From contig OZ176059.1 in assembly GCA_964247055.1 (NCBI GenBank), positions 744,001 through 808,000 of the forward strand: a stretch of 64,000 bases of DNA, in the 5' to 3' direction. Made by a program: the position numbers and the translations under genes. Source of the stretch: Paragordius varius (lineage: Eukaryota; Animalia; Nematomorpha). This document shows positions 24,592 to 37,973 of the stretch, piece by piece. Below the pieces are notes generated by a model, which searched no databases, was not told the DNA's origin, and was given only the letters and a program-made list of their open reading frames with translations. The first letter of the stretch is position 1, and each line of letters opens with the position of its first letter.

Positions 24592-27097
24592 ACCATTTAC
24601 AGTGTAAATTTACTCTTGAACAATTCAAATTCACCCTAAAATAAGCTATATGTGTTTGATAAAATTATAAACTACCGATATATTTCTTTAAAATAAAATT
24701 TTGTTTGATATTAAAATGCATACTTATACCGAAATAACCAATAAATAGACTATGCCATAAGAGAAATAATTCGTATTAATGATGAGTTATATTAGCCAGA
24801 AAACACACAATTTTATTTTAAGGTCAATTTGAATTGTTTAAGGGTGTATGAACTGTAAATGATATATATATATATAATGGCTCTTTTTTTGGACATGAAA
24901 GAGTTGAGATGGAAAAAAATGTGTTAAAAATCAGTGGTGACTTAATAGTAAAAGATGAAAAAAGAGTTATTTAAAAGTAATTTATCCTCAACTTGGAATT
25001 AACACCATTCAATGGCTATGGCGAAGATTATGTTATCAATGATCCAATAAATCGATCTATCAATATTATTAAATTAATGGGAATTAAAATCAATCAATAA
25101 AACACATACATATATTACTAATTTTTATCACGTAATCTCCTCCGTTTGTCGTGTAAACATTTACCCAACTCACGATCGGTTTAAAAAAATTGTGACCCTT
25201 TTTTGGTTTATTAGAATTAACACAAATATCGTTTTTTGCTTTATTAAACATAATTTGCGCCATTTTTTATCTGGGTGATTGCCCGCTGTAAAAAAGTTTG
25301 GTAATTGGAAAATAATTTTTTGACCCAATATCAGCTGCTCTAAATCTTATATTATTCACATTTTGTTAATTTATAATTATTTACTTTGATAACGTAAATA
25401 TTTTTATAAACCGGTAAATTAATCCTTTTTATTAATTTTATTCCCCAAAGAGTTTTTTTTAATGTTAATACTTATTTATCCTGGTACTGAATATATCTCA
25501 GATACATATATATAAATATGACTAATGCAAATTTAATAAAAAATTATATTTTTTTTTAAATTGCCTTTAACATTGCTTCTAATTGTTTATTTTCCTTTCC
25601 TATTATGTCATATTATTTTTAAAGATGACATTACAACAATGATCTTAATTTTATTTTTTTTTAAAAAAGTATTACAGTAGGAATTGAAATTGTACGGATC
25701 AAATGTAAAAACATAAAGTCAAAAAATTTTTTTAAACGACAATTATACCAAACTTTTCAAACCGTAATTTATCCTTTCATAATTTAATCGTAAAATATGT
25801 AATTGATTGTTACCAATATACATATCTATTCTATACTTTGGAGTTTGAATAGAGAGTTATATTTAAGAACATCCAGATTTTAAATGTATGGGGGTTGTTT
25901 TTTAGATAAAACGATTTGTCTTTATATTCTTATATTTTGTCCGTATAATTTCAATTTTTACTGTAAAATTTAAAGACAATGCATACATACAATTTTATAA
26001 TAACCAAATTTATGGCATTGGATTCGTACGTACACTTTGCGTTTTGAAACTGTATATTTTTTGCCCTACATTACTGTTAGAGCCCAGGGCAGCGAGTGTT
26101 TGAAAAAGTATTAACCTATAATTTTTGATAATCGAAAAGAAGCGATCATACATTATATATACTATTTACAGTTCAAATTCACCCTCGAACAATTCAAATT
26201 CACCCTTGAACAATTCAAATTATGTGTTTTCGAACTAATATAACTTATTATTAATATGAAATATATGTTTATGTTATAGTTTATTATTTTACAGTATTAT
26301 TTTAATTTAAAACAAAATTTTTATTTTTTTAAAATCTATAAAAATATTGGTAATTTATAATCTTAAAAAACATATATTTTATTTGAGGGTGAATTTGAAT
26401 TGTTCGAGGGTGAATTTGAATTGTTCAAGGGTGAATTTGAATTGTTCAAGGGTGAATTTGAATTGTAAATGGTATATTTTTACATACATAAATGTTTTCC
26501 CTTAGATACCCCAAACATTACCTTGGCTTAGGGTTTGCCTTTCTCTCAGCCTTCACAAGCTCGGTGGCTATCGTATCGATACGTAAGGTACGATCACTCC
26601 CTTTCTCCATCATCCTGTTGGATTTTGCCGTTGTGGGTATTGTAGTAACTACGGTGCTGTGTGTCGCGTTTCGCGGTTACGCTAGCGTCATACCTTGTGA
26701 TACGTGGGACCGACCCTTGCTGGTTACCAGTTCACTACTGGGCTGCCTTTCACAATTCTTTCTGTTTGGCGCGCTTAAGTTTGAGAATGCGGGCATCATA
26801 TCAGCCACAGCTAGTATGGGTATTGTCTTCACCTTCATACTTCAAATCGTGTTTAAGGGTGAAAATCCGCCCTGGACCAGTGTCTTAGGTGCTAGCTTAG
26901 TTACGTTTAGTATAACGGCCCTTGGGATAAAGCGTTGGTTAGCTAGTAGACGGGCAAGGATTAAAAAACGGAAAGCTATTTTAGCTGCTGCTGCTGCCGC
27001 CGCCGCTGAAGAGGAGGATGGTAAAGAAAAGACAACCGAGGAATACGAAGGAGAAAAAAGCCAATTACTGTCAAAACGTCGCCCTTTTAAAGGTAAA

Positions 27098-27130
<33 letters not shown>

Positions 27131-28438
27131 CATTTTTCAGTCAAAAGCAACACTTTTTTAACCTTTTTTAAAAAATGTTGCTTTTTTGACTAAAGTAATA
27201 TATATATGTATATATATAAAAAAAGAGGGTTAATTGTTTTTAACAATAAATTTTTTTTCATGAGGTAGCTTATGACCAGCGAATTATTTTGATGCCAAAA
27301 ATTTTATTTGTGACGACCTAGTTTTTGGAATATTAAGAGAAAATCGAAATTGGGCAAAGTCAAAATTAAGGAGATAGAAGGATAACAAAAATAATAATAA
27401 AACTTGAGATATTATGGTTGATTATATTTTAGGAGATATTATCTATATATAAATAGCCTAAATCATATAGATAGAGTTTTTATAAAATGTCAGTTCAGAA
27501 GATAGCGTTTTTTTAACACACTTAAAAGTCAAAAAGGTTTATATGAAACTTTATTAAAATAATATTTTCTAATTTATAGACTTTCTATTAAAATATTAAC
27601 ATTCATATCTTATTCAGTAAAAATAATTTCTATATCCGAATAAAACTAAAAAATATTGTTTATTTTTTATTTTTTTGTCATCTGGTTTATGAGTGTAAAA
27701 AAATTATACTGTTTTATTTTGGAATCTTACATGAGTGGGAGTCATAAAATATATAATTTATGCAAAAAAGGATTTAAAAGTAATGAAATATTAACCAACA
27801 ATCCTTACAATTCCCTGTAACAAGTTTGTTTTAACGCAAATTAATATTTTTTTGGGATATGTACGGATATTTGGATGATTTTCCACTTTTAATTTATATA
27901 CTTTATCATTCTCGCTCATGAGAAATTCCAAAATGAAACAGTAAATTTTTTATACCGTCATAAACCAGATAACAAAAAATGGAAAAAAAACAATATTTTT
28001 TAGTTTTATTTTGATTATAAGGTTTTTTTACTATATAAAATACAAATTTTAAGATTTTAATAGTGAATTTGGCTAATAAATAATACAAAAAATTATTTTA
28101 ATATAGTTTCATAAAAAAAATTTTGTCTTTTAAGTGTGTTAAAAGAAAAACGATAGCTTTTAATCTAAGATTTTATGGAAACCCTAACTATATAATTTTA
28201 GGTTATTTCTATATTGAAAATATCTCCTAAAAGGATAATAAATCTTAATCTCTCAACTTTTATCCTTATTTTTCAAATTATTCCTAATTTGGGCATTTTG
28301 CCCGATTTTGATTTTCTCTCAATATTTCAAAAACTAGGTGGTTAACAAATAAAAATTTTTACGGCAAATGAATTCGCTGGCAAAAGCTATCTCATAAAAA
28401 ACAATTTTGTTAAAAATAATTGACCCTCTTTTTTGCAC

Positions 28439-28499
<61 letters not shown>

Positions 28500-29303
28500 C
28501 GAATGCGTTAGATAAGAATATATTTAATTTTGTTATTACGCGAATTAAGAAACATTCTTGTACATTAATATGTTAACAATATTACAAATAATACTCAATA
28601 TATTTAAATTTTAGTTGGGAGACATCCCCCTCTCCCTGAAGCCGCCGAGGAGGAGGAAGGTGAAGAGATAGAATACTTGATAGATGTGACCGGACCAAAC
28701 GTTATGGAAAAAAGTGCATCAGCTGGTCCAGAAACCTTTTTTAGCCTTATATCTAATGATTTACTACCAAGTAGTACGGATGATACCACTAGCACCACGA
28801 CCTTAAAAACTGTGGCTATGAAAACGCCAAAATCTAGCATATGTAAAGAATATAATCAACCACCATCTAAAACTGAACCTTTATTAGCAGCAACCGGCAT
28901 TATTGCTCCTAAATCATCATCCGTTTCGATAAATACTGTCGGGCAAGTGAACAGCACAGATTTGTCCCAATCCAAGCTGGTTAAGAGTGCCTCCATGACG
29001 ACACGTAAAAAACGTAAATCTGTCACGTCCTCAGTCAAGGGGATAGATTTGTTAATTGATACGTTTGGACAGTACCGGAGTACGGATCGATTGACAACAC
29101 CCAACTTGTACAAGGTAAGTGGCCCAGATTATAATTTGGCCACAACAAATAAATCAGCAGCAGCTGGCACACAACATTTCCGGTATGGCCGCTCTTTATC
29201 CGCCACCGTTGCCCCAAACATAGCGGCTGTTAAAGCGGGCCTTCCTGACGAACGACACGCAAGTATATTAACCATATATCATAGTTTATCTAGTCCTTGT
29301 TAG
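21150..29303 (+). CDS. SLC35G1-like: SLC35G/EamA (drug-metabolite transporter superfamily) membrane protein, about 731 aa
   Basis: Exons 21150-22069 (CG|gtaggc), 26506-27092 (cttag|A; G|gtaaac) and 28615-29303 (ttag|TT), with phases 2 and 1 consistent. The motif RCVSGSLGVVSLMFAMSYAPISDASAIVYTSPIFVAILARIFLKE is EamA/SLC35G-typical, and exon 2 carries a second EamA half. 2196 nt = 732 codons. Confidence 0.85.
23897..24197. mobile_element. MITE family 21A, left end degenerate
   Basis: ttcaaattcaccttcaaacaattc on the left; tagggtgtatttgaattgtaaatggtatat on the right. Confidence 0.6.
24589..24867. mobile_element. MITE family 21A next to a (TA)n tract
   Basis: TATACCATTTACAG...TGTAAATGATATAT, preceded by (TA)n at about 24549-24587. 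Confidence 0.7.
25676..25963. mobile_element. TA-flanked (Tc1/mariner-type) MITE, family C
   Basis: TA|CAGTAGGAATTGAAATTGTACGG...CCGTATAATTTCAATTTTTACTG|TA. Related copies at about 31665-31932, 52477-52730, 55843-56131 and 63938-64000. Confidence 0.65.
26157..26477. mobile_element. MITE family 21A ending 28 nt before SLC35G exon 2
   Basis: 21-bp repeats GGGTGAATTTGAATTGTTCAA x3-4 and terminus TGTAAATGGTATAT. Confidence 0.8.
27218..28441. mobile_element. Second copy of the 1.3-kb foldback, filling SLC35G intron 2
   Basis: Colinear with 12991-14261, self-complementary arms, flanked by (TA)n at both ends. Confidence 0.8.
28442..28497. repeat. (TA)n microsatellite
   Basis: Uninterrupted AT dinucleotide run directly after the foldback end. 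Confidence 0.95.
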
Positions 29304-29673
29304 TTGTATGAGTTAAATAAAGATACCTGTCATAAAAATGAAATAACTTGTTTGAATCAAAAATTTGGTTTATTGAATTATAAATCATCACTCCTTATAA
29401 TTAAATTTTGTGTAATACGCTCTTTATAGGCACATAAGATTTTGCAATATTAATTGTTAATAGAGCTTAACGTATAAGAACCATATAAAGTTTTATCGGC
29501 ATTTTGGTCTGAAATATAATTTGATCTTTTTTATACACTGAGTGGTGCGATTGTTTATTAATTATTTAATATACACTACATCATCACTCCTATTGTGTGA
29601 ATTTATGCTCATGTCACAGTAGATATGTTTAAAATTTTTATATTAAAAAATGTGCATTCCTCAAAATATTGTA

Positions 29674-30454
29674 ATATACCATTTACACTTCAAGAGTGTC
29701 CTTGAACAATTCAAGTTGGTCCTTGAACAATAAAAGTTGGTCCTTGAACAATAAAAGTTGGTCCTTGAACAGTTCAAGTTGGTCCTTGAACAATTCAAGT
29801 TGGTCCTTGAACAATTCAAGTTGGTCCTTGAACAATTCAAGTTGGTCCTTGAACAGTTCAAGTTGGTCCTTAAAATTTATAAATTTTGATTTAACCATAA
29901 TTTTTGCATTTATTTTATTATTTAATTATTTATTAACCTAATTTTCTTTATTTATTATATATTTATTCATATAAAAATAAATTTTTTTATTGAAAAACCA
30001 CTTTTTTTGTTTAAAACTATTTTTTCAATTGAACAAAATTATTGACTTTTAAATGTTTTTAATGAAAATTTTTAATTAATAACCCAGAAAACTTATATAT
30101 TTTTTCATTTCGTGTTAAAATCTTATAATATCTAAATTTATTTTAAGAAATTTATAAAGATATACGGTTTTTCAAAGATTAAAAGTTGATATCGATTTAA
30201 AATTTATGTTAAATAATAGAAAATAAGTTAAAAACAATAAAATAGACGAATTATTTTCGATTTGATTGATAAAAGTTAAAAACAAAACAAAAAAGTTAAA
30301 GGACCAACTTGAACTGTTCAAGGACCAACTTGAATTGTTCAAGGACCAACTTGAACTGTTCAAGGACCCACTTGAATTGTTCAAGGACCAACTTGAATTG
30401 TTCAAGGACCAACTTGAATTGTTCAAGGACACTCTTGAAGTGTAAATGGTATAT
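29674..30454. mobile_element. MITE with inverted 21-bp arrays (family 21B)
   Basis: Termini ATATACCATTTACACTTCAAGAGTGTCC / GGACACTCTTGAAGTGTAAATGGTATAT. Eight copies of CTTGAACAATTCAAGTTGGTC at 29701-29868 and six inverted copies at 30301-30426. Confidence 0.9.
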
Positions 30455-32274
30455 ACATGGGTTTAATGGCTTTAACTATATAGTTTTTGTATTGTGCCAT
30501 TTATGTTGTAATTAAAGTTGTGCTGACCAAGTCTTGACCCGGTCAGTGACTATTTATTTTTTGATCATGGTCATTTAAAAAAACTGCTGTTTTTGAAAAA
30601 TTACTGGTAAATTTCTTTTGTAAAAGATTTTATTGTTTTTTATATTTTTTAAAAATATAAATTAATTATTTAAATATGCTTATTTAACAATATAAAATGG
30701 TCAAACATGCATTGTTATAACATTAGCATTTAAGCATATCCTATTTCGAAAAACATACAACTGCAATTATTCCATATATGTGAACCAATATTTTGAACAA
30801 ACATTTTATAATTGGAATTTTTAATGATGAAAGAAAGTTTAAAACAAATTAGGTAAAATTTTATTGGAAATATCCAGTATTAAAAACTATTGAAGATATA
30901 GAAGGCCACAAACATGTGGCAAAATTATTTGAAAACAAAATTCTTGAAATTTGATTTAAAATATATGTAAATAATAAATATAATATAAACTTTTTAGAAA
31001 TAGTGAAACGCAAGTGTCGTACGAACATTATTTTCACAATCTAATATCGCATTATTTACTTTTCGGCATATATTGATATGCATTAATGTATATTTTCTCG
31101 TTTGTTTCATAAAGATAAAAATGTGCCAGACATTGAAACTGATGATGAAGATGATGTAAGTGATACAAGTAGCATAGAATATGGTACAGTGACACCTGCT
31201 CCGGATTAACTGGTACTTACAGTAAAAAATCAAATTTTTTTACAGTAAAGACAAAACGTAAAATAACGACAAATATTTTTTATTTTTTTTGGGCACTGAT
31301 ATTTCTCACATAAACTATATTTATTATTTACAATTTGAAATTTAATAATTTAACAACTCTATTCCATATTTTGCAAGCCAAAATTGATTTATATTATAAA
31401 AAATTCTTGATTAAATAATGGTTGTTGTTTCCAAAAAATATATTAGTTTTTTATTTTGTTCTCTATATTATTGCAATTTTTAACAAAATTGCAATATGAG
31501 TTAAATGCCCCCATACCATCAATATATCAAAGGTTAACAAATATATACATATTATATTAAGTTATTTACAGTAAAGTGTCTAATATTGTTTATACTTAAG
31601 TTGTTTAATTTGTAACTAAATAATGAGTTTAACATTACTTTATTTTTCATAAATTAGATATTATACGGACCGTAAAAATATAAAGAAAAATATATTTTTC
31701 TAAAAGACAACCATACTATTCTAACTTTAATTTTTCTCATGTAAATTATATTATTACAATATTAAATTATATAATTAATTGTCTCCCTATATAGATATCA
31801 ATTCTATAATTTGCAATGTGTAACAATGAGTTAAATTCAAAAAAATGAAGTTTAAAAAAGTATGGCTGTTTTTAGTAAAAAAAATATATTATATTTTTAG
31901 GTTTTATCCGTATGATTCCAATCTTTACTGTAAAATACCCCTGTAACCAATAGTATGGTTTATTATGATTAAAAAATAAAATTTCGCCAAATTTATATTT
32001 GTATGTTTTTAGATTGTCGCTCTGGTTCAACGATGCATGCCCCAATTACATGACAATTAATATAATACAATTGATTTCGTACGATCGAACAATCAATTAC
32101 TATTAACAGATACTCAGCTATTCATTTTCTCTATAGTCAAATTTATATCAAATTTTATTATTAAATGTTTTATCTATTTGTTGATTTACTTTATTATGTG
32201 GAATTCAATCTATCTTTATATATATATATATATATGTATATGTATATCAATTCAAAAATAGAGTAAGGAAATAC

Positions 32275-32442
32275 AGTAGCGTATGGAATAAAACAATTTA
32301 GTCCATAGATTTAAAAAAATGTTTTTTTAAAAAAAACAAGGGGATATTATGGATATATGTATATAAACTAGGCTTGTTTTTTATAAAAATACTTTTTTTT
32401 ATTCTTTTATGGACTAATTATGTTTTATGCCATACGCTACTG
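32275..32442. mobile_element. About 170-bp TA-flanked MITE
   Basis: TA|CAGTAGCGTATGG...CCATACGCTACTG|TA. Second copy at about 55471-55643. Confidence 0.8.
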
Positions 32443-33634
32443 TAAATGTGTTAAATGGATGCTAAACGGGAGATAAGTTGTTATATAGAGTCGTTGTCGA
32501 TGACTAATATAATTTAAGATTGGCGCGTTTTCGATATTAAATATATTGCAATTAAATACAGTTATTAGTATTATTTTATTGTAAAAACAATTAGTAACAC
32601 ACTTAAAAATGGATTGATTAATGATTTAAATGGGTAAATAATATATTTTTTATTTAATCATACAACTTTAAGCCATTATTCCCAAATCTAAAGTAATTAT
32701 TTACATGTAAGAGTTATTCATTTATAATAACCCGAAACAATTAAAAATGATATGTTAATTAACTTATTACAATTTTTGCAATTTTTTTAATAATTCTAAT
32801 GTAGGTATCTTTAATTTTTGACATTTTTAATATAATTATTTATTAAATCGTTCGAAAATATCAAGTTTTCTAATGTTTTTCATTATGTCGACTCTGATTT
32901 GTGCTATCTATAAAAGATTTGGGGAAAAGAATACTTGATTTCGATCGACTCTATATAATTCAACTAAAATTCCGTTTAACACCTAATTTCTATACCAAGT
33001 TAAGAAAGTTTCAACATTCATGTACATTTGTTGACTAAGTTGTATTGTTTAGCGTTTATTTAATTACAATGCACAATATTATATAGTATATTAATATGTA
33101 TCAGTTTTTTTATTGTGATCTATCATACCGTATCGGTAAATTACAGTAGAATTTATACAATTTTTATATTTGGTTAATGATTTTTATGTTATAGAATGCT
33201 GCCATATACACATATAAAGAATGAATTATATATTTACACTCAAAATCTTAATATACGTTAAATATATTAATCCATCAATTATATATTTGCACAAAAATGT
33301 AAATCATTACAATGATCATCTTTCTAGTCGACAAGTTTTGTCAATCTTAAATTTATTTTTCTACATATAAATTACGATCTATATTAAAATCGCGCATTGG
33401 CGAAAACGTGTATATATGATATTAAATTAAAAAATATTGATTTATTTAATAAATATTGAATTTTCGGTAATATTGGTATAAAACCCTTTTCATGATTGTA
33501 AAAAAACTAAAAAAATAAATGGGGAAATTTTTTTAAATTTTTTCATAATGATTAAGAAGGTTTCTCCAATATAACCGAAAATTCTAAATTTGTTAAATAA
33601 CTTAATTAAATTATTAAATATCATTTATACAAGT

Positions 33635-34122
33635 GTTTGCCATTTACATTAACTATATATGCCATATGCACAAAGTGTCCTTGAACACTTCAAGTTGGTT
33701 TCAACACTTCAAGTTGGTCTTTAAACTTTTTAAGTCTGGATTTAAATATAAATTTTGCATAAATTTAATTATTTGATTATTTTTCAACCTATTTTTCTTG
33801 ATTTATTATATATTTCTTCATTATTTTTTAATTTTAAACCACTTTTTTGTTTCAAAATATTTTATTTCTACAACAATATGCAATTATAAATGTTTTCAAC
33901 TACAAATCGTATTTAATAACCCAGAAAACTTTATTTTTTTGATATTATAAAAATTTTTTTAAGAACAAGATGTACGGTTTCTGAATGATTAAAACTTAAG
34001 AAAATATATTAAAAATGACGAAATAAATGAAAGATCTCGGTTTCGTTGATAAAAGTTACAAACAAATTATTGTTGAAGGACCAACCTGAGTGTACAAGAA
34101 CACTTAAGTGCAAATGGTATAT
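33635..34122. mobile_element. Degenerate copy of MITE family 21B
   Basis: ccatttacat...aagtgtccttgaacacttcaagttggt on the left; ggaccaacc...aagtgcaaatggtatat on the right. The internal AT-rich segment resembles 29880-30300. Confidence 0.65.
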
Positions 34123-34906
34123 TTGCGTATGTTTCTCGAAAAAATTAAGATTAGAACCAGTACCGTTTTATGCTTCGATTACCGGTTCCAAGTCATTTTT
34201 TGACTCTCCAATTTCGATTTCACACAATTTTTTTAGAAAAAAGACCGTTTATCTAATGATTCCGGTTTCATTGTTTTTTTAATCAAATATTTCTGGTTTC
34301 CTTCAAATTTTATGAATTTAAGTGTAGCCTAACGTCACAAAAAGATACTTAAAGTTTGTTATATACTGCTTTTTTCGGGAAAAAAATATGATTAAAATGA
34401 AATAGTAAAAAATAATGAAAAAATGTTTATTTTGTATCAACATTTAAAAAACATATTTAATCTAGAAAAATTTTTTTTTATTAAATTTGTTTTTATCATA
34501 ACAAAATGTGTATAATTAGGGAGAAATAACTTTTATTATAATAATAATATTATAAAGTAAAAATTAAAATTATACAACCTTTTATTAAACCTTAATTAAT
34601 CATCAATTGCAATAATAAAATATTGTTAATTGCTCATTTTCCATTTCTATTATTTGCAAATTAAAACGATTTATAAAAAAATTAAGTTTAAAAAAGTATA
34701 GCAGTCTTTTGAAGAAATTCTCGTTATGTTTTTACATTTTGTCATTATAGTTTAAGTTTTTGCTATATCTCATTCATAACAAACAACAATATATATGAAT
34801 TACTTATTTGTATATTAAAAATACTGTCATTGCTACACGCTTAAAATATATAAAATTAATTTGTTAGTTTAAGTTTATAGCAATCGTATAATGGCGTGTG
34901 ATACAT

Positions 34907-35700
34907 ATATGCACACTGCTTCCGAAATCCAGGGCTATAAAATATCCTGATGAATTATATATATTCTGTCAGAAAAACAGAATTCTCGTGGTGCATTTGG
35001 TTTTAAGACTTACGAGTGATATTTTTGTTGTTTGCTTATATCTTAAAATCGCAAAATTAGCGCTTATTATGTTTGATAAAAAAATTTTGGTAAAGGCTCT
35101 GATGCTAAATATTTCTATCACGTCACAATTTTGATTAAAATCTTTTTAAATTTTTATTAAATATAAATTGTTTTTTTTACAAATCCCAAATCAATAGTGT
35201 TAGAAATGTTCAGATCAAATATAGAAAAGTGTTTCATAATTTGTAAAAATATACCGTATCCACTATGCTTCAAAATATCAAAACTCTCTTCACCAAAATT
35301 TGGCTCTAAATCAAATTTTTAGAGTATTCATTTTTTCCTAAAAAACATTTTTGATGTCAAATGGCATATTTTTCAAATGTTTATCATGCAATTTCGGTTT
35401 CGCCTTCATTTTGAGAGACTGAGACTTTCGGAGCACACATCTAAAGTTCATTATATAAAAATATAGTTTTGTTTTTCATTAATCTTAATGATATTTTTTG
35501 GAATGAAACATTCAGCTTTCACCAAAAATTTATATTATAAAATATGCGCAAAGAATATATTTTCTTATATGGAGCAGTAACCACAAAAGTATAAATAACT
35601 ATATTTAAGGGCCAATACCAAAAGCGCCATGATAATCCTTATACATTTTTTATCAGAATATTTATATTTGTGAGAATTTTTTGTGGAACTGTTTATAAAT
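34907..35700. repeat. Dispersed inverted-repeat element (family D: CACTG..CAAAAT..AATATCCTGAT)
   Basis: Shares aaaatatcctgat...tctgataaaaa...tggttt with 35927-36000, 40385-41575 and 57062-57260. Boundaries approximate. Confidence 0.5.
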
Positions 35701-37885
35701 TTTGAATTTATGGTCAGAACGTAACTGAAAGGCTAAAATTTTTTGAATTTAACCATATACAATTCCAAAATATTAAATTGAGTGTGTTAAAAGTTTGCAT
35801 CTCTATTACTTATTTTGCAAACCAAAATGCGTTATATTTGAATAAACAAGGTGAAAAATATGATTTTTAATTTTTGCACTGCAATAACAAAAATGTCAAA
35901 AGGCTATATTATAAGAACAAACTACGCAGTGCGCCCAAAAATATCCTGATCAAATATATTCTGATAAAAAGATTCACATGGTACTGGTTTTTTGACTTTC
36001 GCATTTCCAAAACTTACTATCACCCCATGGTTTCTCCATCTCAAAAAATTTCAAAATTTCATTATGCATAATAAAAACTTTAGGTGAATGCGAAATGCTC
36101 ATTGTAAAAAAACTATTAAATAATAAGCTTTTAAAAAGCAAAATGACATCTTTATTTAACTAAATTTTTGGATGAAAATATTAATAAATTTATTAAAATC
36201 AAATTTGAGAGAAATTTATCGTCAGGCTAATAAAAGAAACTAAAAATAAATATAAGTTTCAAAAGTATTATAGTTTTAGCGCTCCTATAATCGGATAGTT
36301 TTCTTTGAAAACGTAAAAAGACGACTTTAAATCAATTTGAGGCGATAGAAACCTTCAACAGCATAAAGTTTTTTGGAATATATGTTTTTTATTTTCTTTA
36401 AATGTTAGACCGTTTTCATACTGATTCCAAAATACCATAAAATATACCTCACAACATAAAAATTTAAATTTTAAGAAAGTATCCTTTTTTCTAAATTTAT
36501 CTTGATGTAATCTAACATGCATCGAAATTCATTATCTCCCAATCTCGGTGCATTTGTTTGTTTTGTAAAAACAAGCTTGTTTAAATTTGAAATATAAATA
36601 AAAATTATTGTTTAAAATTATAAATTGGTTACATTTTGACTGCAAATCTACGTTAGTTAATTTTAAATCAGCTCTTTTCACCTTTAATTGTCCAAACATT
36701 AAATAGGCAATTGAGACTCAAAAATTTATCGTATTGTCCATTTTTATATTTTGGTATAGCAATCATTTTGTTATGAATTCTAACAAAACTTATGATTTCC
36801 GTGTACAATATGGAATCATCTATAATTAATTGGCATTTATGAGTGTTATTTACTATACGGTGGCTACGATGTCTATTAAGTATAAAACTGGGTAAAAATA
36901 TTAAAAAAACAAGTTATTTAAATTTTTTGCAAAATCATAAATGTTTCTTATGGTTCAAATCCAAATCGATACGTTTTATTTTTAATATATATATGATAAA
37001 TATAATTATTATCAAAGTTTTTATTGAAGGAGCCTTGAAGGACAAATAAAAACCTACAAACTCGCTCTTTGGCGGAAATTGAACCAAATGAAATTATACG
37101 GTAGTATTATAATATCAAATTTTTTTAGCAAGGATAGCAGATGTAGGGTTTATTTATTATATTTATATATAAGTTCATTCAGAAAACTTCTATCGCCGTA
37201 TTTTTAATTCAGGAGTTTTAATACTTTAAAGCCGGGATAAAATATTGAGTGGCCCCATATCTAATAATTAACCTTTTTTAATGAAAAAACTAAAACTGCA
37301 GTTTTTATATCATCTATATTAAATTTACAACTTACTTTACACTATTAAGCGATTTCGAGCACCTGGTTTAACGGTTAAATCATTGTTTAAACGCGTTATT
37401 GGGTAAAATTTTTGATATTATATATGATAGTTTGAGTGAAGGTTAAAATCATTTACCGAATAACCACAATTCTCTAGGGCTCACATTCACGTCATAGTAC
37501 GACGATAGTCTAAGGACATCAAATATAAGGCCCTGATAAATATTATGGCGTGGTTATGTATAAATCTTATTGTTAAATTAATTTAACAAGATAGTTTGAA
37601 AGCAGTCGCCTGACCATATATGATAAAGGGAACTCATGTTTAATTGATGAATATCAAAAAGCCCTTTTTGGGGAATGATCATTTTGAAAACAAATAAGTT
37701 TGCTCTTAAATTATGTGTCAAATTCATAAATTAGCCTTTTATCAGTTATAAAATGTTCGTATTATACAGTCTGTTAATGTTTCAGTATAATAGTGTTGAT
37801 ATTTTATACATTGGATAAACAATTACCGTAAATAGTTAATGACCAAAACGTAGAGTCGTTTATTAATTGTGTGTCTTATCTAAAG

Positions 37886-37895
37886 GTATAAAAGG
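37886..37895 (+). promoter_or_regulatory. TATA-box candidate for the Gly-rich secreted gene
   Basis: GGTATAAAAGG about 85 nt upstream of the signal-peptide ATG at 37974. Confidence 0.45.
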
Positions 37896-37973
37896 ATGGA
37901 CCTATTTAAAATAACATTTTTTGTCATTTTTCACCAAAATCTTCTTAAACAATATTACCATCATCGTTCTCCA

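Noticed and set aside
29701-30426. 21-bp direct repeats that superficially resemble a CRISPR array
   Set aside because: The repeats are contiguous with no unique spacers, occur as inverted arms of one element, and lie in an animal genome with no cas genes.
29661-30515. Repetitive ORFs (MNCSRTNL..., FKDQLEL..., SLNNSSW...)
   Set aside because: These are translations of the 21-bp arrays (7 codons per unit) and are open in several frames on both strands.
34046-36071. Short AT-rich ORFs of 60-90 aa here and throughout the intergenic DNA
   Set aside because: Their composition is dominated by I/K/F/N/Y, many overlap MITEs, and they have no motifs or splice logic.
37896-37973. Upstream ATG extending the Gly-rich ORF to 256 aa
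   Set aside because: It lies immediately after the TATA-like box, so probably upstream of the transcription start, and it would bury the signal peptide that begins at 37974.
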